Assembly: GCF_009914755.1 (NCBI RefSeq)
Contig: NC_060926.1
Source: the human T2T-CHM13v2.0 reference genome, Homo sapiens
Reading direction: 5' to 3' (one strand)
DNA: 64,000 bases
Shown one piece after another: positions 27,027-40,067 of this stretch (the first letter of the stretch is position 1; each line of letters begins with the position of its first letter). Made by a program: the position numbers and the translations under genes. The notes beneath the pieces were generated by a model, which saw nothing but the letters and a program-made list of their open reading frames with translations, made no database searches and was not told the DNA's origin.

Positions 27027-28199
27027 CTGTTGTCATAGAAAGGTATGAGTTGGGGAAGCCACATTAAATATAGAAAACATTTTCTCAACAGTACTGGCCA
27101 GAAATATTCATGTGTCTCTAGATACAAGGTGACTGAGAAGTGGACCCTCTGGCTTCTCAATAGCTTCCCAGGATGAGCTCTGGTGTAGAGTCTGAATTAC
27201 ATATGAAGCGCTGTGGTGGTCAGCTAGCCTTCATTACCATACCCTAAGAATGGGATTTAGCTACTCTTCTTTATAACAGGACATATATCCCAACAGTTCC
27301 CGTTTCTGTAACCAACATAAGCAATGATGAGTTAAAGTTGTTTAAAAAGACTAAGGCTGAGGGAAAGTAAAAGGGAAGTACCACCATATATAGTTTGTAC
27401 AGACCACCTGGTCAGAGCTGGAGAATCTTCTGAGGAGCACCCGACTGGCACTTTGGCAGGTTTGTTGTAGAACTGTTCTTGGAAATGTCCTTTTGTGGAC
27501 TGTCACACTTGTAACCATTATTTCCTCAAATGTACCTGTCACTTGAGGTTCTGATTAATTTATCAATTTTTAGTATTTTCTTCGAAAGCTTCTGGCTTCT
27601 AGACCTCTAGATAAATGGATGTCCCTCTGTTTCATACTACGAATAATTTACCTGGGTTCTACAGTAGCCCTCAGTCTATATAACCTATTATTCAAAAAAA
27701 TTAAAAATCACACTTGTGGTTTCATAGATGGTACATATTTTTAGTGGGGAAAGATGATGAGGGCATACTCTATGAAGTAGTATTTTCCCAACTCTCCTTC
27801 TATCATATGGGATTACTTTGGCAACAACTTTCCCAAGTTTGCATTCCACAGTAGCCTTGACAGGTATTTTATTTTGCAACACCACACACTTAAAGGAGAT
27901 AACATGGTCCCCACATGGTGCTCATGCTCCTGAATTGGGATTATTTACACATGGTGACCAAAGAAGGTCAGTATTACTAAATTTCTCCAGCAATTACTTA
28001 GCAAAATATCCTGGCAAAACTAGGAATTCTCCATACCTTTCTCAATAAATCCAATTCACTTCAGCTCTAAATCTGAGTAATTAACAGGCAGCAGAGTGAT
28101 TTGAACCAGAGAAGATGATCAGGAAAAATGAATTCTGAAGAATTTAAAGATAATTGGGAAAATATCACTTTAGACTCTCCAGCCTCTCTGTCAATATAT

Positions 28200-28330
28200 T
28201 ATTCTGCATTTGTTCCATACTAAGTACTTTATATATATTAACTCATTTAATTATTTCAGAAATGTTGACAGGTCTTGTTATTCCTATATTACAAATGGAA
28301 AATAAAGGCAACAAGAATAGAATTAACTAA
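28200..28330 (-). mobile_element. MIR fragment
   Basis: ctaagtactttatatatattaactcatttaat...cctatattacaaatggaaaataaaggc. Confidence 0.6.
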
Positions 28331-28393
28331 GTCCACTTGGTATTTGATAAATATTGCTGCAGTGTAATGGTTTTCTACATAACAAGAATGGCT

Positions 28394-28434
28394 ATTTTAT
28401 TTTATTTTATTTTATTTTATTTTATTTTATTTTT
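28394..28434. repeat. (ATTTT)n microsatellite
   Basis: Directly visible, about 8 units. Confidence 0.95.
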
Positions 28435-28469
28435 AAATCAAGACTCTTTTAATCTAAATCAATCTATGT

Positions 28470-28661
28470 ATCTACCCCTTGTTTAGCATATAATCAAGAA
28501 AGAACCATACAAATGGGCAACCAGCAGTCCTCAGGGCTGCTCTGCCTATGGAGTAACCATTCTTTTATTCCTTTACTTTCTACAAATTCACCTGAAATTC
28601 TTTCTTTTGTAAGATCAAGGAACCCTCTTTTGGGGCCTGAATCACGACCCCTTTCCTGTAA
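28470..28661 (+). mobile_element. MER41 LTR, 3' portion only
   Basis: caaccagcagtcctcagggctgctctgcctatggagtaaccattcttttattcctttactttc...gacccctttcctgtaa. Confidence 0.8.
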
Positions 28662-30195
28662 GTTTGGAGAATTCAGATGAAGGCAAGAAGATGAGAAAAA
28701 CGTTGGAACTTCCTAGAGACTTGCTAAATTGTTGTGACCAAAATGTTAATAATGATATGAACAATGATGTCTAGGCTGACATGGTCTCAGATGGAGATGA
28801 GAAACTTACCGAGAACTAGAGTCAAGGTCACTTTTGCCATGCTTTAGCAAAGAGACTGGCTACATTGTGCCCATGCTCTGGAGATCTGTAGAACTTTAAA
28901 CTTGAGAGTGACAATTTAGGGTATCTGGTGGAAGAAATTTCTAAACAGCAAAGCTCTCAAAATATGGCTTGGCTGCTTCTGACAGCATATGGTCACATGT
29001 GTGCACAAAACATAATATGAAACTGGAACTTATACTTAAAAGGGAAGCAGAGCATAAAACTTTAGAAAACTTGCAGCCTGATTATGTGGTAGAGAAGAAA
29101 AATCTATTTTCTGGGAAGGAATTCAAGCTGGCTGCAGAAATTTGCATGAATAAAAAGGAGCCAAATGATAATGGCCAAGACAATGGGGACAATGCTTCCA
29201 AGGCATTTCAGAGACTTGGCAGAAGCCACTCCCATTAAAGGCCTGGAGGCCTAGGAGGAAAGAATGGTTTTGTAGGCTGTGCCCAGGGCCCTGCTGCCCT
29301 GTGCAACCTTGTGATGCTGCTCCCTGTGTCCCAGCTGCTCCAGCTCCAACCATGGCTAAAAGGGCCCCAGAGAAGTCACAGGCCACTGCTCCAGGGGGCG
29401 AAAGCAGGAAGCCTTGGTGGCTTCCATAGGGTTTTAAGCCTGCAGGTACACAGAGGGCAAGAGTTGAGGTTTGGAGCCTCCACCTAGGTTTTAGAGGATG
29501 TATGGAAATGCCTGGATGTCCAGACAGAAGTCTGCTGCAGGGGCAGAACCCTCATGGAGAACTTCTACTAAAGCAGTGCAGAGGGGAAATGGGGAGTTGG
29601 AGCCCCCACACAGAGTCCCTACTGGGGCACTGCCTAGTGGAGCTGTAAGAAGAGGTCCATCATCCTCTAGACCCCAGATTAGTAGATCCACTGACAGCTT
29701 GCAGTGAGTGCCTGAAAAAGCCACAGACAATCAACACCAACCCATGAAAGCAGCTGAGAGGCTGTACCTTACAGAGTCACAGGGGCTGAGCTACCCAAGG
29801 CCTTGGGAGCCCACTCCTTGTGTCATTGTGGCCTGAATATGAGACATTGAGTCAAAGGATATTTTTTTGGAGCATTAAGATTTAATGACTGCCCTGCTGG
29901 GTTTCAGAATTGCATGGACCTGTAGCCCCTTTGTTTTGGCCAATTGTTTCCTCTTGAAATGGGAGCATGTATTCATTGGCTATATCCCCACTGTATGTTG
30001 GGAGTAACTAAATTGTTTTTTATTTTAGAGGTTCATAGGCAGAAGGAGCTTGCCTTGTTTCAGATGTTACTTTGGACTTGGACTTTTGAGTTAATGCTGG
30101 AATTAGTTAAGACTTTGGGAGACTGTTGGGAAGGCATGACTGTATTTTGAAATGTGAGAAGAACACATGAGATTTGGGAAGGGCCAAGGACAGAA
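28662..30195 (+). mobile_element. MSTA-int (MaLR internal region), 5'-truncated
   Basis: ttggaacttcctagagacttg, ggaagaaatttctaaacagcaaag and ggggcactgcctagtggagctg. Ends in the polypurine tract gggaagggccaaggacagaa. Confidence 0.88.
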
Positions 30196-30398
30196 TGATA
30201 TGGTTTGGCTCTGTGTTACCATGCAAATCTCATGCTAAATTGTAATCCTCAATGTTGGAAGAGAGGCCTGGTGGGAGGCAATTGGATCATGGGGGTGGAC
30301 TTCCCCCTTGCTGTTTGACACACTATTAAACCTCTTTTCTTTATAAACTATGCAGTCTCAGGTATGTCTTTATAGCAGTGTGAGAATAGGGTAATACA
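30196..30398 (+). mobile_element. MSTA 3' LTR with a large internal deletion
   Basis: tgatatggtttggctctgtg...ttcccccttgctgt joined almost directly to attaaacctcttttctttataa...taataca. Only about 200 bp long. Confidence 0.85.
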
Positions 30399-31689
30399 CA
30401 TTTGTTGCTCGGAGTGAAGCAAAGTAATTTCTCCAGTGCAGGGGCTGTATTTACTCACATGGCTAAATGAGTAAGATATATGTGTGATTGAAAACATTTA
30501 AAGCAGTGATGAAGTTATTGATCCATTACTTATCCAAGAGGCATAACTGAAGCAACACATATATTTGTAACTTTCAACCTATATTCTTTTCAAGTTTTTG
30601 TCTTGATCATTTCCCAATACCCTTAAATGCTTGTCCAGACATTTTTAATTGTTCAGTTTTTGCTGAACAGCATTACCATTATTTACTTAACCAGCTTCTT
30701 ATTTTATGAATGTTTTCAGGTTTCACAAATATCCCCCAAAATCACACCTTCTGCCTTACTTAGAAATATTTTCAAAAGTTCTATTTTAAGAAATGTAAGG
30801 TTATTAACATTTTAAACTGTTGATGCGTAATCCTAAGTTGCTCAAAAACTATAGCAACAAATTTTTCTATCTTAATTATTAAATCACATACTAAACCTAT
30901 TCATCATTATTTAACAAATATTTTTAGTTTTTTACTTGTCTTCTCATTCAACTTAATTTTTTTCTCACCAGCACATAAACGTTTAACCTTTGTAAAAAAA
31001 TTAATTTCTTTGCACAATATTTTCTTAAAGTACTTCCTTAGACATAAAATAATAAGGTTTATAATGTATATATCTATATATAAAAACATAAGCCAAAATA
31101 AAATACCAAAATCTCAAATATAGTAAATTTCTTTTTGAGAATTAAAATAATATTCTAACATTCTAAGAAGTTTATTACCTATCTAGCTGCTAGACATTTT
31201 CTTCTATTATATGGGAAATTTATTTGGAGTGTATACTATTGTTTAGTTTTTGTCTTGTTTTATTTTGCTATAAAATATTGATTCAATTTGAACAATAATG
31301 TGGGAATATTCATTTTTTGACATGGTTTCATATTAAAATAATAATCAATGTTTATTATAAATGCATACTTAAATATAAACACTCCCCCAAATTATAAGTC
31401 CAAACTGATCGTTACCAAAATATCATGCCAACATACCAAGAAATAAACTAATAAAATAAACAAATAAACTCCTTTTATTTGTTGGTATGTAAGAGGAGGA
31501 TAAGAAGAAGATAGGAAAAAAAAAGAACCATTCCTGCAACTATCTTAGCGGTAAGAAAAAACAGTTTGAGTAATAAAAATGCTTCAAAAGCCAAATTCCT
31601 CATTTTAGCAGTATGTATAAAAACATAAATGTTTTAGGTATTAGAAAACATCACACTGAATTATGTATTTATCTCAATAAAAGAAAAAG

Positions 31690-31760
31690 TGGAAGAGAAC
31701 AAGGAAGGAGAAAAAGAAGGAGAGAGAAAGAAAGAAAGAAATGAAGAGAGAAAGAAAAGA
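31690..31760. repeat. GA-rich low-complexity tract
   Basis: Directly visible. Confidence 0.8.
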
Positions 31761-32104
31761 TTAATTTAAAAAGCATTAACATAAAACAAAAAAGTTACTG
31801 TAAGTAAAAACATCAGCCTTCAAGGATTGACTCGTATTAACTAAAATATCTGTTTTACTATCCTACTATAAGGTCTCACATCATTCTAGTCCAGATGTTT
31901 GCACTGTATTAAATATTGTTGATATATCTCATTTGGATCACATAAATAATCTGTCAGCACCAAAGCTGAAAATTAGTGCTAAATTTCTATACTATTAAAG
32001 GACTAAGAAGCGTTTCACTTTTCTAATCTATGAAAATGCACTTTGAACAAGAAAATTAGCAAGTTACTAAGGCTAGAAAAATCAGTTACTTAAAGTTTGA
32101 ATGA

Positions 32105-32479
32105 TATATTAGTTTGCTAGGGCTGCTATAACAAAATATCACAGACTGGGTGACTGAAACAATGAAAATTTATTTTCTAGAGGATAGAAGTCCAAGACCA
32201 AGTTGTGAGCAGGAGGATTCTCCTTTGAGGCGTCTCTCTTTTGCTCGCAGATCACTACCTTTTTGTTGTGTCCTCATGTGGCCTTTCCTCTGTGCACACA
32301 TATCCCTGGTGTCTCCTTGTGTGTCCAAATTTCCTCTTCTTATAAAGACTACTTTGCTGACCTCATTTTAACTTAATCACCTCTTTAAAGGTCCTATCTC
32401 CAAATGCAGTCACATTCTGAGTATGGGGGCTATGGCTTCAACATATGAATTTTGGAGGGACACAATTCAGTGCATAACA
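32105..32479 (-). mobile_element. MLT1A/MLT1A0 solo LTR
   Basis: tattagtttgctagggctgctataacaaaatatcacagactgggtg...ggcttcaacatatgaattttggagggacacaattcagtgcataaca. Confidence 0.85.
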
Positions 32480-33061
32480 TATGGGAATCTCAATTCCTGT
32501 GTTCTATAGCCATATTATTTATGTTCGCTTTCATCTAATAATAAAAGTAAAATTGCATTTAAAGCATACTGTTTCTTTTTAACAAAATCTAACTTGTCTT
32601 TGTTTATTTATACCCTTTAAAATGTATGGTAAGTTATAGAGTATTCAAATAATCTAGAACCATACCACTCAGGAATATGTATCATTAAAATGTTGCTGCT
32701 TATCTTTCAGAGGTTTATAGTGGATAGCACTTTCTTAATAAACAAAATTAAGATCATACTCCATGTAGTGCTTCAAAATATAAACAGCTTTTATAATTTA
32801 ACATTACATTGGGTACATTTTATACAAAAGCTCATATAATAGCAAAACATGATTTATAAATATATATCTTACCTATATTTCATAGTTTATTTTACCTTTT
32901 CTCCTTTTTATTGGTAGGAATTTATAAATGTATATATTTTCAGTAAAACTATGATAAACAAATTTCTACATAAAATTTATATGTGCCTCTAATTTCAAGT
33001 AAATAAATTCTGAGAAAGCGGGCATGCACATAGAATTTTAATCACATTGCCAACTTTTAAA

Positions 33062-33290
33062 GTAGGAGTGCAGTGTAGGGAATGAGCATGGGTTTTGCAG
33101 GTGATGACACCTTGGTTTACTAAGCTCTCCTTCTTACCTATGCGATGTTTTGCAAGATTCTTAAGCTTCAGTTTCCCCATCTGTAAATTGGGGAATATTT
33201 TATTCTCCATTTTAGGGAGGAAGATTAGGATTAATGTGAGAACAAGAAACAACACACACAATAAGGATTTAATAAACACAGCTATTATAC
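33062..33290 (+). mobile_element. MIR
   Basis: Core gcttcagtttccccatctgtaaattggga. Confidence 0.7.
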
Positions 33291-34109
33291 AGTTAACTAT
33301 AAAAGCACAAGAAAGTTACAAGCTCAAAATAGCCCCATCAGGTACCAGTGTGCCTTCCTAACTCCTTCTGCTTACATCTGTTGAGTGCCTGACATTTCTG
33401 TATTTGCCTCAGCACAATAGAGCATGCACTTGAATTCTTCCCTATTCCCCATCAGTGGTCCATGGACTGGTATTCGTTTATGCTAACTTATTCACACTTT
33501 TTGTTCTAATTTACTGTGTTGTCATAAAATTTCCAAAGAGAACTGTATCAGATGCTCACACCTTTTCCACTCTTTTCTAAAACCTGTGTGTATCTAATTA
33601 CTCTTCTTTCTACCCAATTTAGACCCACATTCCCCTCATGTATCATTTTTTTATTCGCTGACCTTGTTGGAAGAATATATGCCGCTTTGTACTTACTCTC
33701 TGAAATGAGCTTCACTCTCAATCTTCCTTTACTAATAATCTTCACCCTCCACGTTATTATTAATTACAGGAAATTCTCCATTCCTTTCCATATTCAGTTG
33801 TCTTTCCTTCAATATCAACCAAGCTGTTCAGTCAATATGCGGCAGTGCCCTCTGGAAATTAGCTTTGACAATATCAGGCCAATAAATGGTCCCTCTGCAC
33901 ACGAGCAACATAAACAATTGCCATAAGAGTGATCTAAAGAGAAGAGAACTATCTCAAAACAAACTTCCCTTTCCTTATAGATTGTCTCAGAATGTTCAGA
34001 TCATTATGGGTTCAGAAACGCAATAGATTTTAAATAATTAGAGAGCAAAATAAATAGAGGCAATCAGTGTCTTTTAAAAAAAATGTTAATTTGGCTAAGA
34101 TGGATCTAG

Positions 34110-34628
34110 TTTCCTCAACATCCCTTCTGGGTTAGAGATGGCCAACAGAGTCATTTGAATGAGTTGTAAAGGGTAGAAGTGACGTGACAGACATTACTTT
34201 GGGAAGGTTAACTTCAGTGAGACTATGTAAATTGTCTTGTTTTGTGAGTTCCAGCTCGTGCTGGCTCACCCCACTTCATGTTCAGCTCTTATTCCTGACT
34301 TCTGGCTCTGCGGACCAGCAACAATTCCAAGCTTACCACCAGGTGTAGAGGCTACAGCCTTCCACAGAATTCCCTGTCAGTTCTACTCCGTGGTCACACA
34401 CAGCAGCTGGACCCACACGGCTTACCAGACTTTTCTGCAAGTTGTGTGTTTTCCACCTGTACCACTGTTTAGGAAGACTGGTCAGGCCTTTTCTCTGATC
34501 CTCCAATTGCCCTTGTGACCCCGACTTCCCAGACTCCTCTCTCAACTATGTTGTGTCTAGTTTCTGTCATAAGTTCTTACTCTATAATATTTATAAGAGT
34601 TCTGTTTCCCTGATCAAATACAAATACA
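34110..34628 (+). mobile_element. Old ERVL solo LTR (LTR41-like)
   Basis: cccttctgggttagagatggccaa...cagccttccacaga...ttctgtttccctgatc...aataca. Confidence 0.6.
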
Positions 34629-34939
34629 GACATTTTCTATTTTTCTTTATTTATCATTTACAACTAGCTACTGTTTGTTTGTTTTATTTATGATTCCAAA
34701 GATTACAGCCTCTTATAATTAATCACTATGGACACATACAAAGGGCATGCTATTGATAGTAGAATAGTAAGCATTAGGTTGTTAATCTTGATTTTTTAAG
34801 AGTAATGCCTATACAATATAGCCAATTTATATTAAGAAAACAGTCAGGCCTTATATACTTGTGCAAAGTACTTAAGAAATAACTGGAATCATCATCAAAC
34901 ATTTTGAGTATTTCAAATATTTTACATTAAAATAATAAA

Positions 34940-35140
34940 TTGAGTAGAGAGGTGAAGAGTATGACTTTGGAATCAAATATACCTGATTTAAATCCCATCT
35001 TCATTTACTATTTAGGTAATTTGTCTATTTATTTAATTGCATAATATGTCAATTACCTCACATGTAAAATTTGCTTCATGGAGTTGTTAGAATTCTGTAA
35101 TGTATTTATCAAAATCCTTGGCACATACCAAATAATATTA
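34940..35140 (+). mobile_element. MIR
   Basis: gactttggaatcaaatatacctgatttaaatcccatc...cctcacatgtaaaat. Confidence 0.65.
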
Positions 35141-35611
35141 TTATAAAGTGACTATCATTAACTAATCTTCTATATTAATCATTTCACATACATCATCTTT
35201 AATTAACAGTACTCTATGTGGCAGTTGTGATAAGCTTTATTTTCGATACAGGAAGATTGATGTTTGGGGCCTCTTCCATGCAGACTGAATATCTATACTA
35301 ATTCATAAATATGTATTTTAGAAAAAAGCCTCTCTTGTACCTATAAAGTAAAAATCAAGAAATAGATAACAATTTTTATTCACTAGACTAATCAAGGAGT
35401 GTAGAGAAATGAATAAACCAAAGAGGGCGGTGATCCAAAATTATATCTACCTGATGTTCAAGCATGAATCACCTGCAGCTTCCTTCAGCAGATTTGCTTC
35501 CTGATTCAAAACAATGAAATTGTTTTATACCTTATCAGTCAACATAACTAGTGCACAACCCTCAGTTACTTCTGAAAAATGTTAGAAAACAGAAAGAAGT
35601 TGAGCTCAAAT

Positions 35612-35661
35612 TCAAAACTGTACAACAATAATCCTCAAAACTGTACAACAATAATCCTCAA
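35612..35661. repeat. Perfect 23-bp tandem duplication
   Basis: tcaaaactgtacaacaataatcc at 35612-35634 and 35635-35657. Confidence 0.95.
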
Positions 35662-35844
35662 CACACATAATTTTCCTAAAGACAACCAGAAATTGATAGA
35701 CTTTAGAAAACACACTGGCTTCTATGGAATTAGTATAGCAACAAGAAATTATCATGAGTTTCCAGTTCTGACACCAAATCTTTGTAAGTTTTAAGACACA
35801 TTAGGACTTGTTAAAAAACAAGTTTGCTTGTTGTTTTAAATACT

Positions 35845-36293
35845 AGTTTTAGACAAATCATAATTGACAAATTATAATTGCATTCATTTATGCCATTATA
35901 TTTTGCAATTGCATACGTTTATGCAATTATTACAATGAAATAATATAATATATGCAAACAATGTATAATGATTAGATCAGGCTAATTAGCATATCAAATT
36001 GCTTACCTACTTTTTTAAAATGGTAAAACATTTGAAACTTATTCTCTTAATTATTTTGAAATGTACAATATATTTTTATTAACTATAGTCACGCTGCTAT
36101 TTTTATTAACTATAGTCATTGCTGTGCAATAGAGCCCAAAACGCATTCTTCTTCTCTGAAACTTTGTACCTTTGAACAACAACGTCCCATTCCCTCCATC
36201 CCCATTTACCCAGCCTCTGGTAACCATCATCCTACTCTCTATGTCTATTAGTTAGACTTTTTTAGATTCCACATATGAGATAATGTGGTATTT
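35845..36293 (-). mobile_element. L1MA-type 3' end fragment
   Basis: caggctaattagcatatc, ttattaactatagtcac (duplicated), cagcctctggtaaccatc and tttttagattccacat. Confidence 0.75.
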
Positions 36294-36397
36294 ACAGCTT
36301 AGTTTTGTCATCTGTAAAATGAAAATTATAAATCCTAACCTACTGGAATATTGTGAATATTAAAATGAAATAATATAAAGAAATAGAGTTTTATGAT

Positions 36398-37195
36398 ATA
36401 TGGGCAAAAGATGTAAATAGATACTTCACCAAATAAAATATATAGATGCCAAAAAGTCATGAAAATATGCTTAATATCATGATTCATTACAGAAATTTAA
36501 CTTAAAATTATTATGAGTCACACCTGCACACCTATCATAACGGCTACAAACCAAACAAAACAGTACAAATGGAACAAATATGCTTATATCACATGCTGGT
36601 GAGCATACAGGGCAACCAGAACCCTCATACAGCAGGACTTGGATAATATTACACAGCTGCTTTGGAGAAAGTTTATACAAAATTTAAATATACACTTACC
36701 CTATGACCTAGCAACCTCACTTCCAGGTATTTATTCAAGGGAAATTAAAAAATATGTTCACACAATATTTTGTATGCTTTTATTTATAGCAGATTTACTC
36801 ATAATCATCTGAAGGGAAAATATCCAGATGTTCTTCCACTGGTAAATGTATAAACAAACTGTCATAAATTCGTACAATGATATGCTCTCCAGCAATACAA
36901 GAAAACAGACTATTGATGCACGCAACAGCATGAACAAAGCTCAACTGTATTATGCAAAGTGAAATAAAACAAATTCAGCGCAAAACTAGGGACAAAAAAA
37001 TCAATGTTTGGTAAAGACTGGGGTCATAAGGAGAACGTGACTATTTATAGGCATAAAGAATATTTTGTGAGAAGATGATGGAACTACTCTAATGTTGGTT
37101 TACTGATAGTAACATTACTGTGTGATTGTATCAACAAAGAATTGCATTCTGAAAAGAATACTTTTTACTCTACGTAAATTATACCAAAATAAAAA
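36398..37195 (+). mobile_element. L1MD/L1ME-type 3' fragment
   Basis: tgggcaaaagatgtaaatagatacttcacc...ctatgacctagcaacctcacttccaggtatttattc...gtaaattatacc. Confidence 0.75.
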
Positions 37196-37868
37196 GACAA
37201 TCTCATGTTTGTTTAGGCTTTTATAATTTACAACTCACATTTCATACATCATCAGTTTGATCTTCACACAATTTAATTGGTAGATATTATTCTTTTCTTT
37301 ATTTCATAGTAAAAAATGAACTTTGAATACAAAAAATCAGGATTGATGCCAAGTTTCCTGATTCCTGACCAAGTATTCTCTCTGTCAGACATTAAGATGC
37401 CCATATTTGTTCGTGTGAATATAAGTTGCCTGATACTTTAAAATCACTCCATGGTATTTTTCTGATTAAATAGTTTTGCAGTGAACAACAATCCAATGTG
37501 TGATACTCTTCATGTTTTCATTTTTTTCCTTATTCTTAGAAAAGGCTGAAAATTTTCCTAGATAATTGACTATCCATCGAAGTTTTGTATTTTATATCTT
37601 TATTCTATTGCTATTCTTATCTTGAAAAAAAATTAACGCCTAAAAAATGTATCAACAACCCCCCCGCAAAACAACTGCAAGGGAGCTGCTTTTGGAGAAT
37701 TTAAGAATAGGTTAGTTTTGTTTCTAGATATAAACTTTCTCACCAGGGACAATAAATTAGACAAGCTAGCAGGTCAGCTTTGAAGGCACTCAAAGCAGAC
37801 ATTCGGCACCATACAGATTACTTTTCTCTAGCAAGACTGATATTTATCCTGTCTCTTTTCTCCCACAG

Positions 37869-38226
37869 AGAAAGAAAGCCACACAAAGGAATTATAACCT
37901 CATGCAACAAGAAAAATAACACCTTACCCTCAATGTAAGGGTACTCCCTGAAGAGCAATAGCATATCTCTTTTCCCCCAAGAGTTAACCAGCAGCTGGAA
38001 TGGAGAGGTTCAAACTGGTTTGCCAAACAGTCCTTTCCCCAATCCCCACCAAAATTATAGAACATTCACATCTTCTATATCGCTAAAGAAATTTAGGCTG
38101 ATTTTAACTGGGAATTATATGGATATCCCTGAAAGAACTGAAATAGAATTGGCTTGTCCCTTGTAAATGATGAACCACATTAACTAAAGGATTGGGGGAG
38201 AACAGACAAAAAGAACCACAGAGCCT
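37869..38226 (+). other. Candidate exon remnant, possibly from the KAP-NTPase fossil gene
   Basis: Strong acceptor cctgtctcttttctcccacag ending at 37868 and donor gtaagt at 38227. One frame has only 3 stops in about 119 codons. Confidence 0.35.
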
Positions 38227-38744
38227 GTAAGTTTTTTGGCAAAACTAGGATATATGAGGAAAGGCAGTAACAGAAAAAATGGATTTAGAGTCATTTCCAT
38301 GTTTGCTACTTATTATTGGTAGCTTTAAGCTAGGCCTGTGGCTTTTGTTTGATTGTTAGTTAGAAAGAATTCTTGGCTCATAAGACAAAAAATTAGCTAA
38401 AATAGTTTAGAAGAAACATTGCATTTAGCGTAATAATAATACTGGGTGTCTTGTGGAGTCCCAGATAGTAAAAACAGCAGGATAGCAGAAAAGGTAAAAG
38501 GAAGAGCTCAAGTTCCATGAAGACATCGCCCCATTAAAAGTCTAACTAGATTCAAATGCCTCCATCTAGACCAATAAATTATAATCAGAAGGATGAGCAA
38601 CTCTATTGATCAATACTGAACAAATAAACTATGTAGAGATGCGAATAATTTCCAATATGGTGTCTACATCTGTCACTCTGTAGATAGAGGTATGAAAAAT
38701 ATCTGGTTAAGGAGTGATGGGTGAACATTCCAGCTACTCTGTAG

Positions 38745-38912
38745 TCAACTGTTTCTGAAAGTGTGGTGACAAAACACCAATTCATCAGATATGGTTTGTA
38801 AAATGCAGATCCCTGGGCTCTGACTCAGATTTTTCAGACTGGAATAAAAAAATGGCTTTATCTCAAATTTCCTAGGACATTCATATGCACACTAAAAACT
38901 GAGACCCAGCAC
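38745..38912. mobile_element. MER5B-like hAT MITE
   Basis: gtttctgaaagtgtggt...aaaatgcagatccctgggc...tatgcacactaaaaactgagacc. Confidence 0.65.
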
Positions 38913-39054
38913 TCCACGCCTTTTTTTAAATGAATTGAATGTAAGAGCTTCAATGCTTGCCCAGGTTTTTTTATTCCTAGAAATGAATTCTTCTTTGTAA
39001 GTGTAAGCTCTGGAATCTATAATCTGGCTCTATAAAACTCTTTGGGTACTGGTC

Positions 39055-39180
39055 AAAGGTAGAGTTTGCCAGGATACAATGTTTGTCAATTTTGTTTACT
39101 AATGTATCTCCAGCACTTGGAGTAGTGGTTGGCACATAGTAGGCACTCAAACCTTAGCTGTATCTGTTAAATTGTTAAAT
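39055..39180 (+). mobile_element. L2 3' end
   Basis: tttgtttactaatgtatctccagcacttgg...ggcacatagtaggcactcaa. Confidence 0.7.
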
Positions 39181-39197
39181 GGTTTTATGTATACTAT

Positions 39198-39615
39198 TGT
39201 GATGGATAATTTCATGTGTGAATTTGGGTGGGCCCCTGGATGTCTAGATTAAACACTTTTTCTGGGTATGTATGTGAGGGCGAATCTCCATAATATTAGC
39301 ATTAGAGGTGGGGGTCCTTTCCAACATGGGGTAACATCATCTGATCCACTGAGGGCCTGAATAGGAAAAAATCCCAAAGAGGGATGAATTCACCTCTTTT
39401 TTTCTGCCCCATTGCCTGACCTGGGACCTCTCATCTCCTATTCTGCCTCAAGACTGGGATTTCCATCATTAACTTCCCTGATTCTCAAGTCTGCAGACTC
39501 ACACTGAATTATGACCCTGCTTTTCTGGATCTCCACTTGCAGATGGAAGATTGGACTTCTCAGTTCTCAGCATCTATAATCACATAAGCTAGTTCCTTAT
39601 AATAAATCTCTCTCT
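39198..39615 (+). mobile_element. MLT2 (B/C-like) LTR body
   Basis: tgtgatggataatttcatgtgt...tgagggcctgaatagg...ttccttataataaatctctctctc. Confidence 0.82.
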
Positions 39616-39672
39616 CTGTTTTTCTGTCTGTCTTTCTCCCCTGTATCTTTCTCTCTCCATTTCTCCATATCT

Positions 39673-39887
39673 CTTGACCTTTCATATCTGCAGTTTCCAA
39701 TCAACAGATTCAACCAACTGCTGATTAAAAAATACAATAATCCGGGAATGCAGAACCCACAGATGTGGAGAGACAAGTTTTCATAACAGCAGGTTCCTTT
39801 AGGCTAATTGGGAGACTTGAGCATCGACAGATTTTGGTATCTACAGGGCTCCCAGAACCAATCTCAGATGATACTAAAGGATGACTG
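39673..39887 (-). mobile_element. MER8-like Tigger MITE
   Basis: gattcaaccaactgc...gacttgagcatcgacagattttggtatc...gaaccaatc...ggatgactg followed by TA. Confidence 0.75.
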
Positions 39888-39997
39888 TAAAAATATATAT
39901 ATAAATGATATATGATATATATATGAGATATATATGACATAAGCGTTCTCCAAAGAAACAGATATTAGTCAGGGTTCCTCAAAGAAACAGAAACAAT

Positions 39998-39998
<1 letters not shown>

Positions 39999-40031
<33 letters not shown>
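39999..40031. repeat. (GT)n microsatellite attached to an inverted MLT2 3' terminus
   Basis: About 16 GT units after tattagtcagggttcctcaaagaaacagaaacaatgg. Confidence 0.95.
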
Positions 40032-40034
<3 letters not shown>

Positions 40035-40067
40035 ATATATTCAATTATTATTTAGTAGCAAAATAAT

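Noticed and set aside
33552-33926. 124-aa ORF in unique-looking DNA
   Set aside because: Composition reflects T/C-rich sequence, with no recognisable domain, codon bias or splice context.
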